Source: an uncultured Methylomirabilota bacterium
GTDB taxonomy: Bacteria; Methylomirabilota; Methylomirabilia; Methylomirabilales; 2-02-FULL-66-22
Length of the DNA: 64,000 nucleotides
Direction of reading: 5' to 3'
NCBI GenBank assembly: GCA_963705305.1
Contig: OY970067.1
Span: 135,549 to 199,548 of the forward strand
Of this stretch, positions 46,858-56,620 are shown piece by piece (positions within the stretch are counted from its first letter, which is position 1; each line of letters begins with the position of its first letter). Position numbers and translations under genes: made by a program. A model generated the notes under the pieces. It was not told where the DNA came from and did no database searches. It saw only the letters and a program-made list of their open reading frames with translations.

Positions 46858-47601
46858 TCAACGGATGGCGCCGCTGTAAAGATACCATCCGATCCCGATG
46901 GTGAAGACGTAATCGCCCCAGAGCCCATGCTCCAGGCTCGCCGCCAGGAGCGATCCCGTCCGGAGGTACCGGTAGGCGAAGATGATCCCGCCCAGCGTGG
47001 CCAGGGTGAAGGCGATCCAGTTGCCGTAGACGAGGTGGGCCAGGCCGAAGCTGAGCCCGTTCAGCAGGACGAGGTGCGCGTCGTTGTGGAAGAGCCTCCG
47101 GTAGCGGTGAAAGAAGAAGGCGCGGAAGAGCAGCTCCTGCGGATACACTCCCAGGATCGGGTAGAGGAGCATCACCAGCACCCAGGCTCCGGGCCTCTCC
47201 AGCGGGAAGATCAGAAAGCGATCCGGCAGGAAGACGGCGTTGAGAATGCTGAGCAGCAGGCCGGCCGGCAGGAACAAAAGCAGGATAGCGCGGAGGTGCC
47301 GGGGGAGCCCGGCCGTGGACCACAGGCTGCGGCGGTCGAACCTTTCGGCGCGGACCAGGAACAGGACGGCCCCCAGGGCCAGCGCCAGGGCCAGCAGGGA
47401 GATCCGCCAGGCCAGCTGGTGCCGGACGAAGTACAGGCAGGGCGGGAGCACGAAGAAGCCCGCGGCGCACTCCGCCAGCCGGAGCCAGGTTGCCGGTGTG
47501 TCTCGATCCGAGTCGGGGGCGGCCATGCTATGTGGCGAATCCGGCTGAACCGGATTCCAGCCAGCGTGCCTATCATACCCCGACAGCGAATCTTCCTCCA
47601 T
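46858..47601 (-). CDS. CPBP-family intramembrane glutamic endopeptidase (CAAX protease/Abi)
   Basis: PQELLFRAFFFHRY (EExxxR-type), SFGLAHL (FxxxH), SLEHGLWG. The start is uncertain (47601 or 47526). Confidence 0.8.
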   Translation of the reverse strand: MEEDSLSGYDRHAGWNPVQPDSPHSMAAPDSDRDTPATWLRLAECAAGFFVLPPCLYFVRHQLAWRISLLALALALGAVLFLVRAERFDRRSLWSTAGLPRHLRAILLLFLPAGLLLSILNAVFLPDRFLIFPLERPGAWVLVMLLYPILGVYPQELLFRAFFFHRYRRLFHNDAHLVLLNGLSFGLAHLVYGNWIAFTLATLGGIIFAYRYLRTGSLLAASLEHGLWGDYVFTIGIGWYLYSGAIR

Positions 47602-47701
47602 CCGCGTGGGCCGGGACCGCCGCCGCTCCTGGCGCGCGACGAGCGGGATGCCGGACGGCGCGAGCCCGCCGGGGAAGATGGTGGAGAGGCGAGACGGGCG
47701 G

Positions 47702-48427
47702 TCAGTCGGTCAGGTAGGCGTGGAAGATCTGCTCGATTTCCCCGAGGCCCTTGCGGAGCAGCAGCATGTTGGTGAACTGGGCGTAGCAGTCGAGCTGGAT
47801 GAGGGCGTTCAGGCCCGCGTCCCCCACGTGCACCTCAAGAATGCGCAGGTGGAAGCAGCTGTTGACCGTCACGACCTCCTGGTAGATCTTGGCCAAGCCC
47901 TCCAGCTCCCAGTCCGGCTCCTTGCCCCGTTTCTTCAGGAACAGCTGGGCCAGCCAGTACATGGCGATGGCGCGGTAGGTCGTCTCCTGGAGGCTGGCGA
48001 AGGGCGAGTGCGTGTACACTAGGGGCCGGAGCTTGTCCAGCACGGGACAGCCGCTGGTGACCATGTAGATTCCCACCAGCGCGCTCAGGCCGTCCTGGAG
48101 CGGCACCCGCTTGGCATAGGTCCTGTTCTCGGTGGAGATCTCTACGTCTGTCTCTTCGTACGAGAAGGCATCCTTGAAATGCTCGACGACCTCCACCAGG
48201 TTGGCCGCCACCGGACAGCGCGGGTGCGTGTTCGGCCGGAGGGGACAGATGGTGCACTGCTGATAGGTGAGGCAAGTCCAGTCGGGGTAGGCCCGACGCT
48301 TCGCGGGGATAAGGGCCAGCGTGCGGGGTTCCAGGCGGACGGTAACCTCCCGCGCCCTCCCCTGCACAGAGGAGAACTTGTAGCGGAACCAGACCCCATT
48401 CTCGGAGCGCTTCGCCCGATCTTCCAT
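47702..48427 (-). CDS. Conserved-looking hypothetical Cys-rich protein
   Basis: 241 aa with coding-like composition and the Cys cluster WTCLTYQQCTICPLRPNTHPRCP. Family not recognised. Confidence 0.6.
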   Translation of the reverse strand: MEDRAKRSENGVWFRYKFSSVQGRAREVTVRLEPRTLALIPAKRRAYPDWTCLTYQQCTICPLRPNTHPRCPVAANLVEVVEHFKDAFSYEETDVEISTENRTYAKRVPLQDGLSALVGIYMVTSGCPVLDKLRPLVYTHSPFASLQETTYRAIAMYWLAQLFLKKRGKEPDWELEGLAKIYQEVVTVNSCFHLRILEVHVGDAGLNALIQLDCYAQFTNMLLLRKGLGEIEQIFHAYLTD

Positions 48428-48586
48428 TCGCGCGGTCCTCTCCCACCCCCCCGGGGGGTGGGAGCATTGTGGGTGCCGTCGCGGCCCCTGTCAAGGAAGA
48501 CTGTCCCCGCTCTCGCGGTTGTCCTCTCCCCGGCATCACCGAAAGAAGTCGCGCCGGAACAGAGGGCCCTGGACCTCTTCGCGCTC

Positions 48587-49420
48587 TTACTCGGTCGCGA
48601 CGCCGGCCTCTCTCGCCCGCGCCACCAGGTACTCGCGGCCGGCCAGCATGTCGTCGAGGCTGCCGAAGGCGTTGGTGTAGTGGCCCCTGAAGCCCTTCCC
48701 CTCGACGCGCCGGAACATATCCACGAAGTCCAGGTCGCCGGCGCCCGGCTTCAGATGGAGCTCGTGTCCCAGGCGGAAGCAGTCGGCGATCCGCACCTCG
48801 TCCACCCGCCTGAAGTCCAACGCGTCGCAGAAGCCCCCGACCCCCTCGGGCACCAGGTGGGCGTGGTTCACCGTGAAAGACAGCCGGAAAGCCGGCGACT
48901 GGATCCGCTCGTAGAAGGCGCGCCACTCTTCCAAGGTGGCCGGGATGTAGTGTACCTCGGCCGTCTCCGGCTCGGCGTTGTGATTCTCGAGGAGCATGCG
49001 CACCCCCTTCCTCTCGGCGTAGGCGGCGAGCCGCTGGAGCCGCTCGACGGCCGCGTCCGTGCGCATCCGTTTGTCGGCGGTGAAGTGGTAGCCTCCGTGC
49101 ACCACCATCCACCCGGCCCCCAGCTTGGGGTAGATGTCCACGTAGCTCCGGAGGTACTGGTCCACCGCCTCCGACACATAGGGCGAATACTCCGCCACGT
49201 TGACCGCCGACAGCGTGTGCAGCCCCAGGTGGATCCCGTGCTTCTCCACCGCCGCCCGCACCGCCGCGGCGCGGGCGGCGTCGAAGGTCGTGATGGCGTT
49301 TTGCGCCGTGTCCAGCTGGATGTCGATGTAGCGAACGCCGTTGCCGGCCGCCCACTGGATCCCCTCCTCCAGCCGGATGCGCCGCCCCAGGTCGATGCCG
49401 ATGCGATCCCGCAGCCTCAT
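48587..49420 (-). CDS. Sugar-phosphate isomerase/epimerase (xylose isomerase-like TIM barrel)
   Basis: YIDIQLD, HLGLHT, MLLENHN, FTVNHAHL - the typical AP-endonuclease-2/TIM-barrel metal-site pattern. Confidence 0.8.
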   Translation of the reverse strand: MRLRDRIGIDLGRRIRLEEGIQWAAGNGVRYIDIQLDTAQNAITTFDAARAAAVRAAVEKHGIHLGLHTLSAVNVAEYSPYVSEAVDQYLRSYVDIYPKLGAGWMVVHGGYHFTADKRMRTDAAVERLQRLAAYAERKGVRMLLENHNAEPETAEVHYIPATLEEWRAFYERIQSPAFRLSFTVNHAHLVPEGVGGFCDALDFRRVDEVRIADCFRLGHELHLKPGAGDLDFVDMFRRVEGKGFRGHYTNAFGSLDDMLAGREYLVARAREAGVATE

Positions 49421-49920
49421 CTCATCCTCCCCCACTGCGTGGAATATAGGGGACGTTGCGACTTTATTGTCTTTATTCCGGCGATCTGGCGGCGCCCCAC
49501 GTCGAAGGCGAAGGGGGCTTTCTTTGTCGCCATCCGTCCAACGTCGGTCCTCCCAAGATCTGTGTGAAGAGCACCATGCCCTTCATCTTCTCCTCCTTCC
49601 GGTGTGAGGATCTGGTGCGCTTCCCATCTTTACAGGCCTCCCGCCCGCTCCGTCCTTCGCCGCCCCTGTGCAAAAGCCGCGGCCCCCTAAAAGGCTTGCC
49701 TCCAGAGGGCCGCCCGATCATCCCACCGAAACGGTCCGTTCCGAACGGTTCTCCCGTCTTCCCATGGCCGGCCGGAAAGAGCGCATCGCGCCGGCCCGGC
49801 ACGGCTCCGGGATCTGGGACCGGCCGCCGACCGCCAGCACACCCCCCCGACCGTCCAGCAAGCTGCCGAAGCACCCGTTTCGCTCAGGCTGCTCAAAAAG
49901 GTCCAGAAGCAAGGCGGCGT

Positions 49921-50051
49921 CACCCATCCCTCGGGATGGGTACCCGGTGCGGTGCGAGACGTGCTCTGCTCGTACGTCGCAGCGCCACGCGAGCGCGCGG
50001 GCACCCGTCCGAAGGATGGGCACCCATCAGATGGGTACCCGGCAGATGGGC
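49921..50051. repeat. Cluster of related GC hairpins / short tandem repeats (GATGGGYACCC units)
   Basis: ACCCATCC-CTCG-GGATGGGT at 49922-49941. CCCGTCC-GAA-GGATGGG at 50004-50020. Then GGATGGGCACCCATCA / GATGGGTACCCGGCA / GATGGGCC in tandem (50014-50052). GGGTACCC palindromes occur at 49938 and 50033. Confidence 0.6.
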
Positions 50052-50067
50052 CTTTTTCAGCAGCCTA

Positions 50068-51000
50068 CTAGGCCAGCCGGGCAAACTTCTGGATGGTGCG
50101 GGCCCCCCGGTCCATCTTGGCGTGGGTCACGGACACCTCGCCCACATACAGATCTCCCCGGGAATCCGCGGTGAGGGTGTGAGGGGCGAAGAACAGTCGA
50201 TCCTCGGCCCCGTGCCCCTCGTTCCCCCAGCGGGCGAGCAGGTCGCCGCCCAGCGTGAAGATGCTGATCCGCATGCATAGCTCGCTCACGATGACGACAT
50301 CGTCGCCGACGTACATGTCCGTGGGCCGGATGAGGTCCGTCCACTGGCTGATGAACTTGCCGTCCTCGCGGAAGATCTGGATCCGGCTGTTCTCGCGGTC
50401 GGCCACCCATACGCGGCCTGCCTTGTCGACCCGCAGATTGTGGGGCAGCCTGAACTGGGACGGCCCGGGCCCCGGCCCGCCCCACGAGGAGATCAGCTCT
50501 CCCTTGGCGGTGAATCGATGCACCTGCGCGTTCCCGTAACCGTCCGAGACGTAGATCTCTCCCTTGGGAGAGATCGCGACCCCGGTCGGCCGGTTGAACG
50601 GTCCCCCGCCGTGCGTGATGGACGCAATGCGCTCGAACAGATCGGGGGTTTCCCGGTAACCCGTGTCGGAGGGCTTGTCCTCGGTCCCGATGGTCATGAG
50701 GAGCTTCCCCTCCGGCGTGAACTGCCTCACCGTGTGCTTCCGGTCATCCGTGCAAAAGATCGAGCCGTTGGGTCCGGCACAGCTGCCGTGAGCGCGGCCG
50801 AAGAGGCCCTTGCCCCACCTGGACACCAGGGCGCCGTCTCGATCGAAGATCGTGATCGGGGACGCGCCCCGGCTGAGGACGTAGACGCGGTCGCCGGAAT
50901 CCACGCACACCCCGCCGACGTCCACGAACGACTCCCCCTCAGGGAGCTTCGCCCACCCGGGCGCCAGCTCGTACCGGTACTTCCCCTTGCCGTAGACCAT
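50068..51000 (-). CDS. NHL-repeat beta-propeller protein (peptidyl-alpha-hydroxyglycine alpha-amidating lyase-like)
   Basis: Repeated NHL-type units: FNRPTGVAISPKGEIYVSDGYGNAQVHRF, FRLPHNLRVDKAGRVWVADRENSRIQIF, FFAPHTLTADSRGDLYVGE. Confidence 0.8.
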   Translation of the reverse strand: MVYGKGKYRYELAPGWAKLPEGESFVDVGGVCVDSGDRVYVLSRGASPITIFDRDGALVSRWGKGLFGRAHGSCAGPNGSIFCTDDRKHTVRQFTPEGKLLMTIGTEDKPSDTGYRETPDLFERIASITHGGGPFNRPTGVAISPKGEIYVSDGYGNAQVHRFTAKGELISSWGGPGPGPSQFRLPHNLRVDKAGRVWVADRENSRIQIFREDGKFISQWTDLIRPTDMYVGDDVVIVSELCMRISIFTLGGDLLARWGNEGHGAEDRLFFAPHTLTADSRGDLYVGEVSVTHAKMDRGARTIQKFARLA

Positions 51001-51186
51001 GTCTCTGCGCTCCTTCCCTCGGGTTGCTCCTTCGTGCGCCCGCTTCCGCGGACCCGCCGGCCGTCTCTCGAAATCCCGTCCCGTCCGGGATCATCGTCGG
51101 ACACGCCCCCGGCCGCGCTCGCCCCGGTCGGGCACCCTCTTCCACGGGCCGCGTCGGATTATGTGACGGGGACCTCCGGTTGTCCA

Positions 51187-51214
51187 GCCCAACCGGCCAA
51201 ACGTCCGGTTGGGC
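51187..51214. terminator. GC hairpin downstream of the AttH-like gene (putative terminator, no U-tract)
   Basis: 10-bp perfect stem GCCCAACCGG/CCGGTTGGGC with an 8-nt loop. Confidence 0.35.
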
Positions 51215-51344
51215 GGGTCCTGCGCAGGAGAACATCCGGGGCCTACGGGCCGATCCCGGCTCGCGGCGCGAGGCGTGGCGCCGGAGGCCCGAAGGGAAGG
51301 GAGCCGGTGCGGGAGAGAACGATCGGCCCGAGCGGGCGCGCGGA

Positions 51345-52460
51345 TCACAGCCGCTTGCGGAACGGCGCAGCGTAGCCGGTCATCTCAACGTAGGCCCGGC
51401 CCGTGATGGGGCGGCCGGCGAGGATGCCCTGGACGGCGGCGGCTCCCTCCCAGTAGATCACCCCGGTGCTCTTGGCCGTGTCCAGCTCCTGGTCGGGGAA
51501 GGCGGGCGTCACCGCGACCTCGAGCCCCAGGCTCGGCACACGGAGCCGCCATTTCATCGGATAGGTCCCCCGGGTCCGGGGGCTTTGCCATCGATCCAGG
51601 ACCTCCACCTGGAAGTCCCGCCGCTTCAGGCCGGTCGCCTTCCCGTCCTGCGCCACCCACGTCCCCGCCGAGTACGGATCGGGGCGCCCGTCGGCCCCCC
51701 GGATGAGGTAGAGCATCAGCTCCGTTCCATCGTCGAATTGGAGGCTGAACCAGTCCCACCCCACCTGGTCGGGATTGAGCTGGGTCGAGCCAAACTCGTG
51801 ATCCATCCAGCTCCAGCCGGTCACCGCTAGGGTCTTTCCGCCGACAGTCAAGCTCCCCTCGGTCTTGAGGCGCGTCAGCGAATAGTAGTGCGAGGCGCGC
51901 CCGCGCCCCGCCCCCTTTTGACTCACCCCGTTCTCCCCGTTGATCGCGGGGGGCTTTTGCGAGACGAGGCCGAGCTCCAAGCCGTAGGCACCCTCCTGCG
52001 CTTTCAGCCGGTGCGTGACCCCGTCCCCCGTCACCTCCCAGCCCCCCACCCAGACGTGGAGCTCCGTCTGGCTGGCCCCGGCCTGGCCCATGGCGGCCCG
52101 TCCGACCCGCTCGAAGCAGTGGAAAGTCCCGTGCGGGATGTCCGAGATCGCGAAGTGGGCCAGATACAGGTTTCGGGCGGCCCAGCGGGAGGGGCTCGTC
52201 CGCGCCTCGGCCAGCCCGCTGCGGAAGAACGTCACTTGAAATCCGTACTCCTCCCCGTCCGTCGTCCGCAGGTGGCCGGTGTAATACCACCACTCGGTCC
52301 GGTAGTCGTCGTGGGAGTAATGGTCCCGCGGAAAGGCGAACCGATAGCCGGGAAGCGCCTGGCGGAACTCGGCCGCCCGGACACTCGGGACGGGCGAGAG
52401 CGGCCAGGCGGCCGTGAGCGCGAGAGCGGTGAGGAGCACCCCGCGGAAAGCCGCCTTCAT
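51345..52460 (-). CDS. AttH/CrtC-like lipocalin-domain protein (secreted)
   Basis: Signal peptide MKAAFRGVLLTALALTAAWP, then FPRDHYSHDDYRTEWWYYTGHL and WSWMDHEFG. Confidence 0.8.
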   Translation of the reverse strand: MKAAFRGVLLTALALTAAWPLSPVPSVRAAEFRQALPGYRFAFPRDHYSHDDYRTEWWYYTGHLRTTDGEEYGFQVTFFRSGLAEARTSPSRWAARNLYLAHFAISDIPHGTFHCFERVGRAAMGQAGASQTELHVWVGGWEVTGDGVTHRLKAQEGAYGLELGLVSQKPPAINGENGVSQKGAGRGRASHYYSLTRLKTEGSLTVGGKTLAVTGWSWMDHEFGSTQLNPDQVGWDWFSLQFDDGTELMLYLIRGADGRPDPYSAGTWVAQDGKATGLKRRDFQVEVLDRWQSPRTRGTYPMKWRLRVPSLGLEVAVTPAFPDQELDTAKSTGVIYWEGAAAVQGILAGRPITGRAYVEMTGYAAPFRKRL

Positions 52461-52906
52461 GGACTGGACGCCTCTGCCTCCGGCGGCGCGGCGGACGGCA
52501 CGTGGGACCGGAGCCTCCGGAAAAACGCGTCCGCGTCCGGCGGCGTGATGACGATCTCGCGCCGTCTGCCTTCGCGGAGATGCAGCGTGATCCGATTCCC
52601 CAGGCGGAAGGTCACCCAGTGCTCGCACCAGAGCGAGCCGCCCATCCGGACGGCCGTGATGTCGGCATACCGGATGACGCGGAAGGGCACGCCCAGCGCC
52701 ACGATCTCCAGCGCCTGCTCTCCCAAACGATACTGCAGCGTGGCCACCCCATAGATCGTGATCAGGCCGAAGGTCACTGTCGATGTCAGCAGCCACACCC
52801 AGAACTCAAACGGCACGGTGCCTCCGAATGCGCCCCGCTCCGCTCCGCCGTCGCCCGCCGTCCGCGCGGCCGTGCGGGCCCCTGCGCGCCACGGCCTCCC
52901 CCTCAT
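52457..52906 (-). CDS. Small membrane protein with PH-like (bPH/DUF304-like) C-terminal part, unknown function
   Basis: ATGA overlaps at both ends (52903-52906 and 52457-52460). TM segment FWVWLLTSTVTFGLITIYGV. Confidence 0.5.
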   Translation of the reverse strand: MRGRPWRAGARTAARTAGDGGAERGAFGGTVPFEFWVWLLTSTVTFGLITIYGVATLQYRLGEQALEIVALGVPFRVIRYADITAVRMGGSLWCEHWVTFRLGNRITLHLREGRRREIVITPPDADAFFRRLRSHVPSAAPPEAEASSP

Positions 52907-55464
52907 TCATAGCGCACCGCCTCCGCGATGGGAAGTCGCGAGGCGCGCCACCCGGGCAGGATCCCCGCCAGCAGGCTGGCCCCCAGGGTGAGCAAGGCGT
53001 ACTCCAGGATCAGACGGCCGGAGAGCGCGAACTGGATCGTCCAGCCGAAGGACTGCTTGTTGATCACGTGGATGAGGATGAGCGAGAGCAGCAGGCCGGC
53101 GGCGGCCCCCAGCAGGTTCGCCACCGCCCCCATGAACCCCGCCTCGCAGAGGATGGTGCGGAGGATGCGCGCGCGGGTGAACCCGACCGAGCGCAGGATG
53201 CCGATCTCCCGCGTGCGCTCCAAGACCGACGCGATCAGCGTGTTGAGGATGCCCAGGGCCGCCACCACCAGGGCGATGATCTCCAGGGCATAGGTGATGG
53301 CGAAGGTCTGGTCGAAGATGTTCAGGATCCGCTCCCGGAGCGCGCGGTTGGACAGGATCACGAGGTCCGGATGCTCGGCCAGCCGGTGGAGAATCTCCCG
53401 CCGAACGATCCCGACGTCGGCGCCGCCCTCCAGGTAGATGACGACGGAGTTCAACCACTGATCCTTCCACAGTTGCCGAAACAGCGCCTGATCCATCACC
53501 GCCAGGCCGCCTTCCGTCGTGTAGTCGTAATATACGCCGGCGATCCGCAGGCGGAGGGTCTTCCCCGGCGGGTGCAAGATCACCTTGTCTCCTTCGCGGA
53601 CGTGGTATCGCTCGGCGAAGGTCTCGGAAACGATCAGGGCGCGGCGCGCCCGCGCCCGCTCGAGGATGGTGGCCGAGTCGCCCTGCCGGAACAATAGGCG
53701 GCCGCGCTTGGCCAGCAGATCGAAGTCGGCCGCCCCCAGGATGAAGCTGCCGCCCCCCCGGTCGTTGACGCGGAGGCTGCGCACGCCTCCCGCCTCGGCC
53801 ACTCCGGGAATCGCGCGGACCTCGTCCAGCACGTCCGCGGGCAGACGCGCGTCCGCGCCCCGCATCAATCGGCTCCCCCGCGACAGATAGAGATCGGCCC
53901 GGATGGTCTGGTCGATCCAGACCTCCACCGTCCGCCGGAAGCTCTGGATCATGGTGGAGACGCTCACCAGCATGGCCAGCCCCACCGCCATGGCCGCCAC
54001 GGTCACCGCATTCCGCCGCAGCGCACGGGCGAGGTTCCCCGCCGCCAGCCGCGTCCCCAGGAGCCGCGAGCCGGCCAGCAGCCGCGCCAGCGGCCGCTGA
54101 ACGCCCAGGAGCACGATCGGACACAGCAGGGTCGTCCCCAGCAGCAGGCTGAAGGAGGCCGCATAGCCGAAGAGGGGTCGGCCGTCCACCGGGCCCAGCC
54201 GCGCCAGGCCGTACGTGGCCAGCACCAGGATCAGGCCGGCCAGCGAGACGGACCAGGGACGGAAGCGCCGCTCCAGGAGGGCCGCCGCCAGGCTCTCGCG
54301 GGGGGAGGTGGCGGCCGCCTGGAGGGCGGGGTGGACCGCCGACGCGATGGCCATCCCGCATCCCAGGACAACCGCCTCCAAGAGGGCCAGCGGGGACGGT
54401 GAGGGCGCTTCGGGCCGAACGAAGGCATACAGCGACGAGACGGTCCGGCTCACGGCCACGAGGGCGACCCGGGAAAGCAGCAGGCCGATAGCGACGCCCA
54501 GTAGCGACCCCAGCAGGCCCAACAGGCCCCCCTCGCTGGCCACCGCCAGCAGGATGCCGGTGCGGCTCGCCCCCAGCGAGCGCAGGATGCCGATCTGCCG
54601 CCGCTGCCGCACCACGGACACCGACATGGTGTTGTACACCACGAAGACGCCGACGAAGAGCGCGACCAGGCTCAGCACGAACAGGTTGAGCTGGAAGGAC
54701 AGCAGCAGCTGCTCGACCTGGGCGTTCCTGGCCTCCGGCCGCTCCACGGTGACCCCGGGCGGAAGTCTCGGGCGCACTCGCGCCGTCACATGCAGCGGGT
54801 CGGCCCCGGGCTTCAGCAAGAGGTCCACGCGATCCAGGCGGCCCAGCTTGCCCAGGACGACCTGGGCCGCCGCGATGTCCATCACCGCCACCTGCCCGTC
54901 CATGGTGCGCGCGAGCCCCGTGTCGCCCAGCAGCCCGCGGACCACAAATCCCCTGGCCCCCGTGGGCGTCAGCAGGCGGATGGTATCCCCCGGCTGGAGG
55001 CCATGCGTCCGGGCGTACCGCTCGGTCAGCAGGATGGCGTCGGAGTCGGTCAGCAGGCGCAGCGGCTCCCGAATGTCCGGCGTGGGGCCCTGGTACTCCC
55101 GGACGCTGGCATCGTTCAGGATGTCCACACCCAGCACGAGAAGCGCATCCCCGTCCCCGCCGGCCACGGGCGTGATGGCCTGAACCAGGGGGACCGCCTG
55201 GGCCACCCCCGGCGTGCGGGCCAGCCGGGGGAAGAGCCTCTCGTCGATCCCCGCGTCGCCGCCGGTCACTTGCAGGCGGCTCTTGCCGGCCACGTGATCG
55301 ATGCTCCGGCGGAAGGAATCGAGGACCCCGTCGTTGGCCAGGCTGATGGCCAGCACCACCGCCACCCCCAGCGCGACGCCGAGGATGGTGACGGAGCTCC
55401 GCAGTCGGTCCCGCGTGAGGGCCCGCCAGGCCACCAGGCGGATCAGATGAAAGAGTGCGCCCAT
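52903..55464 (-). CDS. ABC transporter permease with two FtsX domains (MacB/LolE-like, AttF/G-like)
   Basis: 853 aa. N-terminus MGALFHLIRLVAWRALTRDRLRSSVTILGVALGVAVV. Two FtsX-type 4-TM modules (RRQIGILRSLGASR and TREIGILRSVGFTR). Confidence 0.85.
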   Translation of the reverse strand: MGALFHLIRLVAWRALTRDRLRSSVTILGVALGVAVVLAISLANDGVLDSFRRSIDHVAGKSRLQVTGGDAGIDERLFPRLARTPGVAQAVPLVQAITPVAGGDGDALLVLGVDILNDASVREYQGPTPDIREPLRLLTDSDAILLTERYARTHGLQPGDTIRLLTPTGARGFVVRGLLGDTGLARTMDGQVAVMDIAAAQVVLGKLGRLDRVDLLLKPGADPLHVTARVRPRLPPGVTVERPEARNAQVEQLLLSFQLNLFVLSLVALFVGVFVVYNTMSVSVVRQRRQIGILRSLGASRTGILLAVASEGGLLGLLGSLLGVAIGLLLSRVALVAVSRTVSSLYAFVRPEAPSPSPLALLEAVVLGCGMAIASAVHPALQAAATSPRESLAAALLERRFRPWSVSLAGLILVLATYGLARLGPVDGRPLFGYAASFSLLLGTTLLCPIVLLGVQRPLARLLAGSRLLGTRLAAGNLARALRRNAVTVAAMAVGLAMLVSVSTMIQSFRRTVEVWIDQTIRADLYLSRGSRLMRGADARLPADVLDEVRAIPGVAEAGGVRSLRVNDRGGGSFILGAADFDLLAKRGRLLFRQGDSATILERARARRALIVSETFAERYHVREGDKVILHPPGKTLRLRIAGVYYDYTTEGGLAVMDQALFRQLWKDQWLNSVVIYLEGGADVGIVRREILHRLAEHPDLVILSNRALRERILNIFDQTFAITYALEIIALVVAALGILNTLIASVLERTREIGILRSVGFTRARILRTILCEAGFMGAVANLLGAAAGLLLSLILIHVINKQSFGWTIQFALSGRLILEYALLTLGASLLAGILPGWRASRLPIAEAVRYE

Positions 55465-55581
55465 GCGTCACCGACGTTCGAGGGTTCGACGGCCCGCCCG
55501 CGCGGCGGTTCGGCCCCCGGGGCGATCGTGCGCCGCCGGCCGGCCCGGCGCTCCTGTGCCGTCGCGACGGCGCCGAGTGTG

Positions 55582-56253
55582 CTACCGTCTGCCGGAGATG
55601 ACGCCGTCCTTCAGATGGATCAGGCGCCCCGCAAAGCTGGCGGCCTCCAGGCTGTGGGTCGCCAGAAGGATGGTCATGTCCCGCTCGGCGTTCAGCCGGG
55701 CCAGCAGCTCCAGGATCTCCCGGCCCGCCTTGGAGTCCAGGTTCCCTGTCGGCTCGTCGGCCAGCAGGATGGCAGGTTCGTTCGCCAGGGCCCGCGCGAT
55801 GGCCACCCGCTGCATCTCCCCGCCGGAGAGCTCGTGCGGCCAATGATCCTTGCGCGGCAGCAAGTCCACCAGGCCCAGGCACTCCTCGGCGCGCTTCTTG
55901 GCGGCCGGTGCGCTCTTCCCTGCCAGCAGGGCCGGCAGGGTCACGTTCTCCAGGGCGGTCATCGTCGCCAGCAGGTTGTAGAACTGATAGACGATCCCGA
56001 CCCGGTCCCGCCGGAACCGGCTCAGGGCCCGATCCGAAAGCCGGGACAGCTCGTGGCCGTCCACCCAGATCAGTCCTTCCGTGGGAGCGTCCACGCCGGC
56101 GATCAGGTTCAGCAGCGTGCTTTTTCCGCAGCCGCTGGGCCCCATGAGCGCCACGAAGTCCCCGCGCAGGATCTCCAGCGAGATCCCCGCCAGGGCCGCC
56201 ACCTTGGCCCCCGCGCCGTCATAGATCTTGGACACACCGACCAATCGAATCAT
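55582..56253 (-). CDS. ABC transporter ATP-binding protein (LolD/MacB-ATPase type)
   Basis: GPSGCGKSTLLN, LSGGEMQRVAIARAL, LLADEPTGNLD. Confidence 0.9.
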   Translation of the reverse strand: MIRLVGVSKIYDGAGAKVAALAGISLEILRGDFVALMGPSGCGKSTLLNLIAGVDAPTEGLIWVDGHELSRLSDRALSRFRRDRVGIVYQFYNLLATMTALENVTLPALLAGKSAPAAKKRAEECLGLVDLLPRKDHWPHELSGGEMQRVAIARALANEPAILLADEPTGNLDSKAGREILELLARLNAERDMTILLATHSLEAASFAGRLIHLKDGVISGRR

Positions 56254-56620
56254 GCCCGGGACCCGTTGGCGCTTCCCGTTTCCGGAGGCCGAAGTCCGCC
56301 GATGCTCCGTGCGGTCGCGGGCCGCTTCTCTCGGCGCCGGATCTCTCCCCGGCCTTCCCGGTGGCCCGGAATCCGCCCGCCCTGCTCTGGCGACGGTGCC
56401 CATGTTGCCGTTCTGCGGCTGAAGCGTCAACAGGAATTAGGGGGTTCCCGGCAGGGGCAGAGCAGGGCTCGGCGCAAGCGTCGTCCGCGCCGGTCCCCCG
56501 GTTCCTCGGGGCCGATCGGCAGTTGACAGTGGGGCTAAGGCATGGTAAGCAAATACTCACTATGTGGGAGGATTTCCCCGGCGGGCGCTCTCGTCAGGCC
56601 CTTTCACGGGAGATACCAGC

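Noticed and set aside
50013-50052. Short tandem GATGGGYACCC units as a CRISPR array or minisatellite.
   Set aside because: There are only ~2.5 irregular copies of ~15 nt with no spacers of CRISPR size and no cas genes. They are more consistent with REP-like or terminator hairpins.
55470-55500. GGTTCGA-containing stretch (CGAGGGTTCGACGGCCC) as a tRNA T-arm.
   Set aside because: The flanking bases do not form a T-stem, and no acceptor, D or anticodon arms can be drawn. I recognised no tRNA anywhere in the window.
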